From an uncultured Chloroflexia bacterium (lineage in GTDB: Bacteria; Chloroflexota; Limnocylindria; Limnocylindrales; CSP1-4): DNA of 64,000 nucleotides. Positions 37,023 through 46,094 of this stretch are shown in pieces (positions within the stretch are counted from its first letter, which is position 1; every line of letters starts with the position of its first letter). The translations under genes and the position numbers were made by a program. A model generated the notes under the pieces. It was not told the origin of the DNA and searched no databases. It saw only the letters and a list, made by a program, of their open reading frames with translations. Location: contig CAWGVH010000001.1 of the NCBI GenBank assembly GCA_963825995.1, forward strand, positions 2,903 to 66,902, in the 5' to 3' direction.

Positions 37023-38470
37023 GAGGCCCACGATGGCGGGCACGCTGACCTGCTTGGGACCCTTGCTGACGGTGAGGGTGACGGCCGAGCCGGTCTGCAC
37101 CTCGCTGCCCGCGGCGGGCTCGGTCTTGACGGCCTGGCCGGCGGGGACCGTGGCGTTGGTCTTCTGCTCGGTGGCGCCCACGACGAGGCCGGCGGCCGCG
37201 ATGGCGGCGTTGGCGTCGGCCTCAGCGAGGCCCTTGACCTCGGGCACGAGGGTGAGCGGCGGGCCGGAGCTGACGCTGTAGTTCACCGCGCTGCCCGCGG
37301 CGACCGTGCTGTCGGGTGGCGGATCCTGGGCGAGGACGGTGTTCTTGGGGCTGGCGTCCTCGACGACGGTCGAGGTGCCCACGCTGAGCTCGGCAGCCTC
37401 GATGGCGGCCTTGGCGTCGGGCTGCAGGAGGCCCACGATGGCGGGCACGCTGACCTGCTTGGGACCCTTGCTGACGGTGAGGGTGACGGCCGAGCCGGTC
37501 TGCACCTCGCTGCCCGCGGCGGGCTCGGTCTTGACGGCCTGGCCGGCGGGGACCGTGGCGTTGGTCTTCTGCTCGGTGGCGCCCACGACGAGGCCGGCGG
37601 CCGCGATGGCGGCGTTGGCGTCGGCCTCAGCGAGGCCCTTGACCTCGGGCACGAGGGTGAGCGGCGGGCCGGAGCTGACGCTGTAGTTCACCGCGCTGCC
37701 CGCGGCGACCGTGCTGTCGGGTGGCGGATCCTGGGCGAGGACGGTGTTCTTGGGGCTGGCGTCCTCGACGACGGTCGAGGTGCCCACGCTGAGCTCGGCA
37801 GCCTCGATGGCGGCCTTGGCGTCGGGCTGCAGGAGGCCCACGATGGCGGGCACGCTGACCTGCTTGGGACCCTTGCTGACGGTGAGGGTGACGGCCGAGC
37901 CGGTCTGCACCTCGCTGCCCGCGGCGGGCTCGGTCTTGACGGCCTGGCCGGCGGGGACCGTGGCGTTGGTCTTCTGCTCGGTGGCGCCCACGACGAGGCC
38001 GGCGGCCGCGATGGCGGCGTTGGCGTCGGCCTCAGCGAGGCCCTTGACCTCGGGCACGAGGGTGAGCGGCGGGCCGGAGCTGACGCTGTAGTTCACCGCG
38101 CTGCCCGCGGCGACCGTGCTGTCGGGTGGCGGATCCTGGGCGAGGACGGTGTTCTTGGGGCTGGCGTCCTCGACGACGGTCGAGGTGCCCACGCTGAGCT
38201 CGGCAGCCTCGATGGCGGCCTTGGCGTCGGGCTGCAGGAGGCCCACGATGGCGGGCACGCTGACCTGCTTGGGACCCTTGCTGACGGTGAGGGTGACGGC
38301 CGAGCCGGTCTGCACCTCGCTGCCCGCGGCGGGCTCGGTCTTGACGGCCTGGCCGGCGGGGACCGTGGCGTTGGTCTTCTGCTCGGTGGCGCCCACGACG
38401 AGGCCGGCGGCCGCGATGGCGGCGTTGGCGTCGGCCTCAGCGAGGCCCTTGACCTCGGGCACGAGGGTGA
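37023..38470. repeat. tandem repeat, 405-bp unit x about 3.6 (each unit encodes two different PASTA domains)
   Basis: Antisense ORFs at 37306, 37711 and 38116 (the first two 126 aa, the third 195 aa) share an identical N-terminal sequence of about 115 aa. The protein segment TLVPEVKGLAEADANAAI...SSGPPL repeats exactly. Confidence 0.9.
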
Positions 38471-38675
38471 CGCTTGTGCCCGCCGAGACGTACAGCGCGA
38501 CCTCCGAGCCGAGCGAGATCTCTTCATCGGCAGCCGGAACGGTCTTGATGGCGTCGCCCACAGCGACGTCTTCATTGCTCTGCTCGATGGTTTCTCCGAC
38601 GACCAGCCCGGCGTCCTCGATGGCCGCGACCGCATCAGCCTCTGAGAGGTCACGCACCGCGGGGACGGCCACGTT

Positions 38676-41600
38676 CGGCTCGACGCCCAGGCTCACGAGG
38701 TAGCTGACGGTGCTCCCCACGGCCACGCTGCTGCCGGGCTCGGGATCCTGGCTCACGACGTCACCGGCGGGCACGTCGGCGCTGTAGGCCTCGCTGGGGG
38801 CGCCGCTGAGGCGGGCGTCGGCGAGGGCCTGCTCGGCCTCGGAGGCGGGCGCGCTCGTGAGGTCGGGCACCGTGACCTGCTCGACGCCCAGGCTCACGAG
38901 GTAGCTGACGGTGCTCCCCACGGCCACGCTGCTGCCGGGCTCGGGATCCTGGCTCACGACGTCACCGGCGGGCACGTCGGCGCTGTAGGCCTCGCTGGGG
39001 GCGCCGCTGAGGCGGGCGTCGGCGAGGGCCTGCTCGGCCTCGGAGGCGGGCGCGCTCGTGAGGTCGGGCACCGTGACCTGCTCGACGCCCAGGCTCACGA
39101 GGTAGCTGACGGTGCTCCCCACGGCCACGCTGCTGCCGGGCTCGGGATCCTGGCTCACGACGTCACCGGCGGGCACGTCGGCGCTGTAGGCCTCGCTGGG
39201 GGCGCCGCTGAGGCGGGCGTCGGCGAGGGCCTGCTCGGCCTCGGAGGCGGGCGCGCTCGTGAGGTCGGGCACCGTGACCTGCTCGACGCCCAGGCTCACG
39301 AGGTAGCTGACGGTGCTCCCCACGGCCACGCTGCTGCCGGGCTCGGGATCCTGGCTCACGACGTCACCGGCGGGCACGTCGGCGCTGTAGGCCTCGCTGG
39401 GGGCGCCGCTGAGGCGGGCGTCGGCGAGGGCCTGCTCGGCCTCGGAGGCGGGCGCGCTCGTGAGGTCGGGCACCGTGACCTGCTCGACGCCCAGGCTCAC
39501 GAGGTAGCTGACGGTGCTCCCCACGGCCACGCTGCTGCCGGGCTCGGGATCCTGGCTCACGACGTCACCGGCGGGCACGTCGGCGCTGTAGGCCTCGCTG
39601 GGGGCGCCGCTGAGGCGGGCGTCGGCGAGGGCCTGCTCGGCCTCGGAGGCGGGCGCGCTCGTGAGGTCGGGCACCGTGACCTGCTCGACGCCCAGGCTCA
39701 CGAGGTAGCTGACGGTGCTCCCCACGGCCACGCTGCTGCCGGGCTCGGGATCCTGGCTCACGACGTCACCGGCGGGCACGTCGGCGCTGTAGGCCTCGCT
39801 GGGGGCGCCGCTGAGGCGGGCGTCGGCGAGGGCCTGCTCGGCCTCGGAGGCGGGCGCGCTCGTGAGGTCGGGCACCGTGACCTGCTCGACGCCCAGGCTC
39901 ACGAGGTAGCTGACGGTGCTCCCCACGGCCACGCTGCTGCCGGGCTCGGGATCCTGGCTCACGACGTCACCGGCGGGCACGTCGGCGCTGTAGGCCTCGC
40001 TGGGGGCGCCGCTGAGGCGGGCGTCGGCGAGGGCCTGCTCGGCCTCGGAGGCGGGCGCGCTCGTGAGGTCGGGCACCGTGACCTGCTCGACGCCCAGGCT
40101 CACGAGGTAGCTGACGGTGCTCCCCACGGCCACGCTGCTGCCGGGCTCGGGATCCTGGCTCACGACGTCACCGGCGGGCACGTCGGCGCTGTAGGCCTCG
40201 CTGGGGGCGCCGCTGAGGCGGGCGTCGGCGAGGGCCTGCTCGGCCTCGGAGGCGGGCGCGCTCGTGAGGTCGGGCACCGTGACCTGCTCGACGCCCAGGC
40301 TCACGAGGTAGCTGACGGTGCTCCCCACGGCCACGCTGCTGCCGGGCTCGGGATCCTGGCTCACGACGTCACCGGCGGGCACGTCGGCGCTGTAGGCCTC
40401 GCTGGGGGCGCCGCTGAGGCGGGCGTCGGCGAGGGCCTGCTCGGCCTCGGAGGCGGGCGCGCTCGTGAGGTCGGGCACCGTGACCTGCTCGACGCCCAGG
40501 CTCACGAGGTAGCTGACGGTGCTCCCCACGGCCACGCTGCTGCCGGGCTCGGGATCCTGGCTCACGACGTCACCGGCGGGCACGTCGGCGCTGTAGGCCT
40601 CGCTGGGGGCGCCGCTGAGGCGGGCGTCGGCGAGGGCCTGCTCGGCCTCGGAGGCGGGCGCGCTCGTGAGGTCGGGCACCGTGACCTGCTCGACGCCCAG
40701 GCTCACGAGGTAGCTGACGGTGCTCCCCACGGCCACGCTGCTGCCGGGCTCGGGATCCTGGCTCACGACGTCACCGGCGGGCACGTCGGCGCTGTAGGCC
40801 TCGCTGGGGGCGCCGCTGAGGCGGGCGTCGGCGAGGGCCTGCTCGGCCTCGGAGGCGGGCGCGCTCGTGAGGTCGGGCACCGTGACCTGCTCGACGCCCA
40901 GGCTCACGAGGTAGCTGACGGTGCTCCCCACGGCCACGCTGCTGCCGGGCTCGGGATCCTGGCTCACGACGTCACCGGCGGGCACGTCGGCGCTGTAGGC
41001 CTCGCTGGGGGCGCCGCTGAGGCGGGCGTCGGCGAGGGCCTGCTCGGCCTCGGAGGCGGGCGCGCTCGTGAGGTCGGGCACCGTGACCTGCTCGACGCCC
41101 AGGCTCACGAGGTAGCTGACGGTGCTCCCCACGGCCACGCTGCTGCCGGGCTCGGGATCCTGGCTCACGACGTCACCGGCGGGCACGTCGGCGCTGTAGG
41201 CCTCGCTGGGGGCGCCGCTGAGGCGGGCGTCGGCGAGGGCCTGCTCGGCCTCGGAGGCGGGCGCGCTCGTGAGGTCGGGCACCGTGACCTGCTCGACGCC
41301 CAGGCTCACGAGGTAGCTGACGGTGCTCCCCACGGCCACGCTGCTGCCGGGCTCGGGATCCTGGCTCACGACGTCACCGGCGGGCACGTCGGCGCTGTAG
41401 GCCTCGCTGGGGGCGCCGCTGAGGCGGGCGTCGGCGAGGGCCTGCTCGGCCTCGGAGGCGGGCGCGCTCGTGAGGTCGGGCACCGTGACCTGCTCGACGC
41501 CCAGGCTCACGAGGTAGCTGACGGTGCTCCCCACGGCCACGCTGCTGCCGGGCTCGGGATCCTGGCTCACGACGTCACCGGCGGGCACGTCGGCGCTGTA

Positions 41601-42493
41601 GGCCTCGCTGGGGGCGCCGCTGAGGCGGGCGTCGGCGAGGGCCTGCTCGGCCTCGGAGGCGGGCGCGCTCGTGAGGTCGGGCACCGTGACCTGCTCGACG
41701 CCCAGGCTCACGAGGTAGCTGACGGTGCTCCCCACGGCCACGCTGCTGCCGGGCTCGGGATCCTGGCTCACGACGTCACCGGCGGGCACGTCGGCGCTGT
41801 AGGCCTCGCTGGGGGCGCCGCTGAGGCGGGCGTCGGCGAGGGCCTGCTCGGCCTCGGAGGCGGGCGCGCTCGTGAGGTCGGGCACCGTGACCTGCTCGAC
41901 GCCCAGGCTCACGAGGTAGCTGACGGTGCTCCCCACGGCCACGCTGCTGCCGGGCTCGGGATCCTGGCTCACGACGTCACCGGCGGGCACGTCGGCGCTG
42001 TAGGCCTCGCTGGGGGCGCCGCTGAGGCGGGCGTCGGCGAGGGCCTGCTCGGCCTCGGAGGCGGGCGCGCTCGTGAGGTCGGGCACCGTGACCTGCTCGA
42101 CGCCCAGGCTCACGAGGTAGCTGACGGTGCTCCCCACGGCCACGCTGCTGCCGGGCTCGGATCCTGGCTCACGACGTCACCGGCGGGCACGTCGGCGCTG
42201 TAGGCCTCGCTGGGGGCGCCGCTGAGGCGGGCGTCGGCGAGGGCCTGCTCGGCCTCGGAGGCGGGCGCGCTCGTGAGGTCGGGCACCGTGACCTGCTCGA
42301 CGCCCAGGCTCACGAGGTAGCTGACGGTGCTCCCCACGGCCACGCTGCTGCCGGGCTCGGGATCCTGGCTCACGACGTCACCGGCGGGCACGTCGGCGCT
42401 GTAGGCCTCGCTGGGGGCGCCGCTGAGGCGGGCGTCGGCGAGGGCCTGCTCGGCCTCGGAGGCGGGCGCGCTCGTGAGGTCGGGCACCGTGAC
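38676..42493. repeat. tandem repeat, 201-bp unit x 19 (one 67-aa PASTA domain per unit), apparently identical copies apart from one 1-nt deletion and the last codon
   Basis: The unit starts CTCGACGCCCAGGCTCACGAGG and ends ..GGGCACCGTGACCTG. Successive unit starts at 38880, 39081 and 39282 are 201 bp apart. The protein unit is VTVPDLTSAPASEAEQALADARLSGAPSEAYSADVPAGDVVSQDPEPGSSVAVGSTVSYLVSLGVEQ. Confidence 0.92.
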
Positions 42494-42694
42494 CTGCTCG
42501 GGTGCGATGGCGACATCGACGTCCACCCTGGACCCGCCCAGCACCATCGTGCCCGCTGCCGGGTCCTGATCGAGGATGGTGTTGGGCTCCACCTCGGTGG
42601 TCTCCAGAGAGGTGGTCCCGAGAACTAGACCCAGGGAATCCGCTTCCGTCTGGGCGTCCGCCAGCATCATGCCCTCGAATGTCGGCACGGCGAC

Positions 42695-43510
42695 CAGCGC
42701 GGGGCCCGAGGAGACGACGTAGGCGACGGCCGAGAGGCGGGCCACCTCGGTGGCGGCCACGGGGTTCGAGCTGATGACGTTGCCCGCCACGATGCTGGCG
42801 TCGCTGGCTTGGGTGCGGGTGCCGGCCGCCAGGCCGGCGTCGGCGAGGGCCTTGAGAGCCTCGCTCTCGGGCAGGTCGATGATGTCGGGCACGGCGACCA
42901 GCGCGGGGCCCGAGGAGACGACGTAGGCGACGGCCGAGAGGCGGGCCACCTCGGTGGCGGCCACGGGGTTCGAGCTGATGACGTTGCCCGCCACGATGCT
43001 GGCGTCGCTGGCTTGGGTGCGGGTGCCGGCCGCCAGGCCGGCGTCGGCGAGGGCCTTGAGAGCCTCGCTCTCGGGCAGGTCGATGATGTCGGGCACGGCG
43101 ACCAGCGCGGGGCCCGAGGAGACGACGTAGGCGACGGCCGAGAGGCGGGCCACCTCGGTGGCGGCCACGGGGTTCGAGCTGATGACGTTGCCCGCCACGA
43201 TGCTGGCGTCGCTGGCTTGGGTGCGGGTGCCGGCCGCCAGGCCGGCGTCGGCGAGGGCCTTGAGAGCCTCGCTCTCGGGCAGGTCGATGATGTCGGGCAC
43301 GGCGACCAGCGCGGGGCCCGAGGAGACGACGTAGGCGACGGCCGAGAGGCGGGCCACCTCGGTGGCGGCCACGGGGTTCGAGCTGATGACGTTGCCCGCC
43401 ACGATGCTGGCGTCGCTGGCTTGGGTGCGGGTGCCGGCCGCCAGGCCGGCGTCGGCGAGGGCCTTGAGAGCCTCGCTCTCGGGCAGGTCGATGATGTCGG
43501 GCACGGCGAC
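42695..43510. repeat. tandem repeat, 204-bp unit x 4 (one 68-aa PASTA domain per unit)
   Basis: The protein unit VAVPDIIDLPESEALKALADAGLAAGTRTQASDASIVAGNVISSNPVAATEVARLSAVAYVVSSGPAL occurs four times exactly. GCAGGTCGAT recurs at 42871 and 43075. Confidence 0.9.
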
Positions 43511-44475
43511 GGTTGGCGTCGCCACAGCGACGGACAGCTCGATGGTGGACCCGACAGGCACGGCTTGGCCGGGAGGCGGTTGCTGACCCAGCACCGTGCC
43601 GGGCTCCACGTCGTCGTTCTCGACCGAGACGACCCGAACGACGAGCCCGTAATCATCGGCCGTGAGCTCGGCCTCCTCGAGGCTGAGGCCCTGGAAGTTG
43701 GGCGTGTCGACCACCGCTTCAGCCGACGGAGTCGCGCTGGGGACCTCGGTCACGACCGGCGAGGGTGACAGGGTCACGTCCGGCGAGCCGGAGTCGAAGG
43801 GGCGGAAGAGGAGGATGACGATGGCGAGCGCCACGATGAAGGCGCCCACGAGGATGCCCCCCACGAGCAGCACGGGCGTGCCCTCGTCTGGCGGCTCGCC
43901 GTCCATGCCGGGCGGTGGCAGAGGCGGGCCGTCAGGCGGTTCGATCGTCACCTCTGGCCTGGCGGCCAGCGCAGCCAGGGCGGCCTCAGTGGCTTCCGGG
44001 TCGGGGGCCACGGGCGTCGTCGTCCAGGCTGCGACGCCAGTCGCGGCGGCCATGCCGGCGCCTCCATCAGCAGCCAGGCCGGCCTCGTCCGCCAGATCGT
44101 CGGCAGGGTCCGGCCCAGCGGCCACGGCGTCCGGGTCCGCGGCCCCAGCCTCGAACTCTCCGGCGTCCTCGTCAGATCCGACGACAGCCTCCGACGGGTC
44201 CTCGTTATCTGACAGAGGGGGTCCGGCATCTGGGCCGGACGGCTGACCGGCGACTGCCTTGACCTCCGTCGGGTCAGACGCAGCTGCAAGTGGATCAGTG
44301 GAGGCAGTGGGGTCGCCGGGGTCCGGCCGCTGATCAGTCATGGCAGGCGGACCTTAGGTGACTTCGGCTCTGCGTGCGAGCACCCTGCGTGAGTCGATTG
44401 GGTCGTTCCCGGCACAAGTGTCCGAATTCTTCATCGTCCGCCGCTCCTCGCTTCACGTGCCCACAGGCCGACGGA

Positions 44476-45819
44476 TCAGGGCAAGACACCAAGGGCCGTT
44501 TCGACAGTATCGAGCGTCGCGTCGCTGTCGGCCAGCAGGACAAGTACTGGAGAGGATAGTCCTCCGCTCAGGTCGGCATTCGAGACTGCCTGGGCCCCGG
44601 ACAGATCTCGCATGGCATCGCGGGCGGCTTCCTTGAACTCCCTGGCGTCAGCCTGGCTGTCCCAGTCGGTCTGCCAGACGACGGCCCAGGTACCTTCCGG
44701 CCCATCAAGGCTCACCAAGCGGTCACCACCCCAACCGGCGGCCGCGTCAGCGCGCGGCAGGCGGGGCGGCAGGACCGGGAAGAGCGACCGCGCCTTCTGA
44801 CCATCCGCCACCCACACGCCGATCTGCATCTCGCCCAGGGTCTGCTCGTAGGAGGTCGTCCAGTCGGGGCCAAGCATTGCTTCCACATCCGGCAGTGCGA
44901 CCTCGATCGGGGTCTCGTCGGGGTAGAGCTCAGGGTGCATGATCTGCTCGGTCGAGACCGGCTGTGCCTGCCAGGCCTCATCCACGGCCGGCCAGTCGCC
45001 ACGGCCCCGGATGGCATTCACGAAGGCGAAGCCGTCGATGTAGGGGAACTCCAACTGCCGGCGCATCAGGACCGGCATCTCTCGCAGCACCTTGCTGTCC
45101 TGCCTCGTGAGCGCGCCCGCGGACACGGCCAGCAGGTCGGCCAGCTTGAGTTGGCGGGCCGCCCAGTCGTACATGATGGCGGTGGCATCGCCCTCGACCA
45201 ACGCCTGCTGAGCGAGGATGGCGTCCGACTGGTCCAGCTGCCTGATGCGGCGGGCCTCCAGGTCGTATGCCGCGTCCTGGAGGGCGTGCTCATACTCGTG
45301 GGCGACGACGACCAATTCGAGCGCCCCGATCTTGCGAGCCGGGCCGATGAGCGAGAACGTATCCGACCTCGGGTCGTAGTACGCCAGCACCTGGGCGTCG
45401 TACAGCGAGAGGGTCAGCTCACCCAGGTCGTCGTCCGGATCGATCAGCCCGAGGCGTGTGAGGGCAGCATCCTCGGCCGCGACGTCGGCGTCCGTGTATT
45501 CCTCGCGGAAGAGAGCTTCCAGTTCAGCCGTGAAGGTGCCGGCGTCGATGACGCGGTACTTGACGCCGTCGGCCGGCGGGAGGCCGCGGATGGGAGGCAC
45601 GGAGTCGATGACCGCGTTCACCCGCCTGACCATCCTGGCGTTGAAGCCATCCGGCAGCGACGCGGCCTCGCCCGAGGAGGCCGGCGTGGACGCATCCTGT
45701 GCTGAGGCGAGGCCTGACGGGGCGAGCGCAAGCAGGGCGAGGGACAGGGCCAGTGCGGCGGGGCGGGCGAGCCACGACCGGCGCAGCGCCGACGCGGAGC
45801 GACTGACGATGGCTGTCAT
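44476..45819 (-). CDS. secreted HExxH (zinc metallopeptidase-like) protein, paralog of the C-terminal domain of the giant PASTA protein
   Basis: Signal peptide MTAIVSRSASALRRSWLARPAALALSLALLALAPSGLASA (start ATG 45819 or 45828). The HExxH motif is intact (VVAHEYEHALQD). The C-terminus AAGWGGDRLVSLDGPEGTWAVVWQTDWDS matches the giant protein's AAGWGGDRLVSLDGPDGTWAIVWQTKWDS. Confidence 0.8.
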   Translation of the reverse strand: MTAIVSRSASALRRSWLARPAALALSLALLALAPSGLASAQDASTPASSGEAASLPDGFNARMVRRVNAVIDSVPPIRGLPPADGVKYRVIDAGTFTAELEALFREEYTDADVAAEDAALTRLGLIDPDDDLGELTLSLYDAQVLAYYDPRSDTFSLIGPARKIGALELVVVAHEYEHALQDAAYDLEARRIRQLDQSDAILAQQALVEGDATAIMYDWAARQLKLADLLAVSAGALTRQDSKVLREMPVLMRRQLEFPYIDGFAFVNAIRGRGDWPAVDEAWQAQPVSTEQIMHPELYPDETPIEVALPDVEAMLGPDWTTSYEQTLGEMQIGVWVADGQKARSLFPVLPPRLPRADAAAGWGGDRLVSLDGPEGTWAVVWQTDWDSQADAREFKEAARDAMRDLSGAQAVSNADLSGGLSSPVLVLLADSDATLDTVETALGVLP

Positions 45820-46026
45820 GTCGCGCATTCTGACAGCGTTGGCGCGAGGCTCCTTGGGGACCGCCCCCGGCACCCCCAGGGGGTCTGTGCGAGGTCACCC
45901 GTGTGGGCGCCGACAGCCGGTGTGCGTTTCTTCATCGTTCGAGGGCTGGCGCCTTCATCGTCGAGGGCTACTCTTTCGCTCACGGAACCGCGAAGCATCC
46001 CTTCACAGTTCCCTCTCCCTCCCTCT

Positions 46027-46065
46027 GGAACGAGGGGCGCCGATTGGGCAGGCGCCCCTCGTTCC
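46027..46065. other. perfect 15-bp-stem hairpin (GGAACGAGGGGCGCC - 9 nt loop - GGCGCCCCTCGTTCC) in a divergent intergenic region
   Basis: Read directly from the sequence. It is followed on the plus strand by CTTTATGTGT. It lies 30 nt upstream of the ATG at 46095. Confidence 0.6.
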
Positions 46066-46094
46066 CTTTATGTGTCCTGCGTGTGGCACCATCC

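Larger units (their letters stand above)
35655..44341 (-). pseudogene. giant single-pass membrane protein of 34 PASTA domains plus a C-terminal degenerate HExxH-peptidase-like domain; reading frame broken by a 1-nt deletion (ORFs 42110..44341 and 35655..42143)
   Basis: The N-terminal ORF has an acidic, Pro/Ala-rich tail of about 165 aa, a TM segment (VLLVGGILVGAFIVALAIVILLF) and then PASTA units. The second ORF continues the same repeat in another frame. The break is at 42159..42161, where the repeat consensus CTCGGGATCC reads CTCGGATCC. Restoring one G gives one ORF of 2895 aa. Confidence 0.85.

Noticed and set aside
35769-38645. 958-aa plus-strand ORF, with further ORFs at 37306, 37711, 38116 and 42809..43768, antisense to the giant gene
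   Set aside because: These are Gly/Arg/Asp-rich low-complexity translations typical of antisense frames in GC-rich DNA. Their periodicity simply mirrors the coding repeats on the minus strand.
38676-42493. Regular 201-bp repeat array that could superficially be mistaken for a CRISPR or satellite array
   Set aside because: There are no unique spacers, because the copies abut directly. The period is a multiple of 3. The array is in frame within a long ORF and encodes a recognisable PASTA fold pattern. No cas genes are present in the window.
45816-45998. 60-aa minus-strand ORF upstream of, and overlapping, the start of the peptidase-like gene
   Set aside because: It has no domain and poor composition, and it overlaps the downstream start. 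Only its internal ATGAAGAA is noted, as part of the shared upstream motif.
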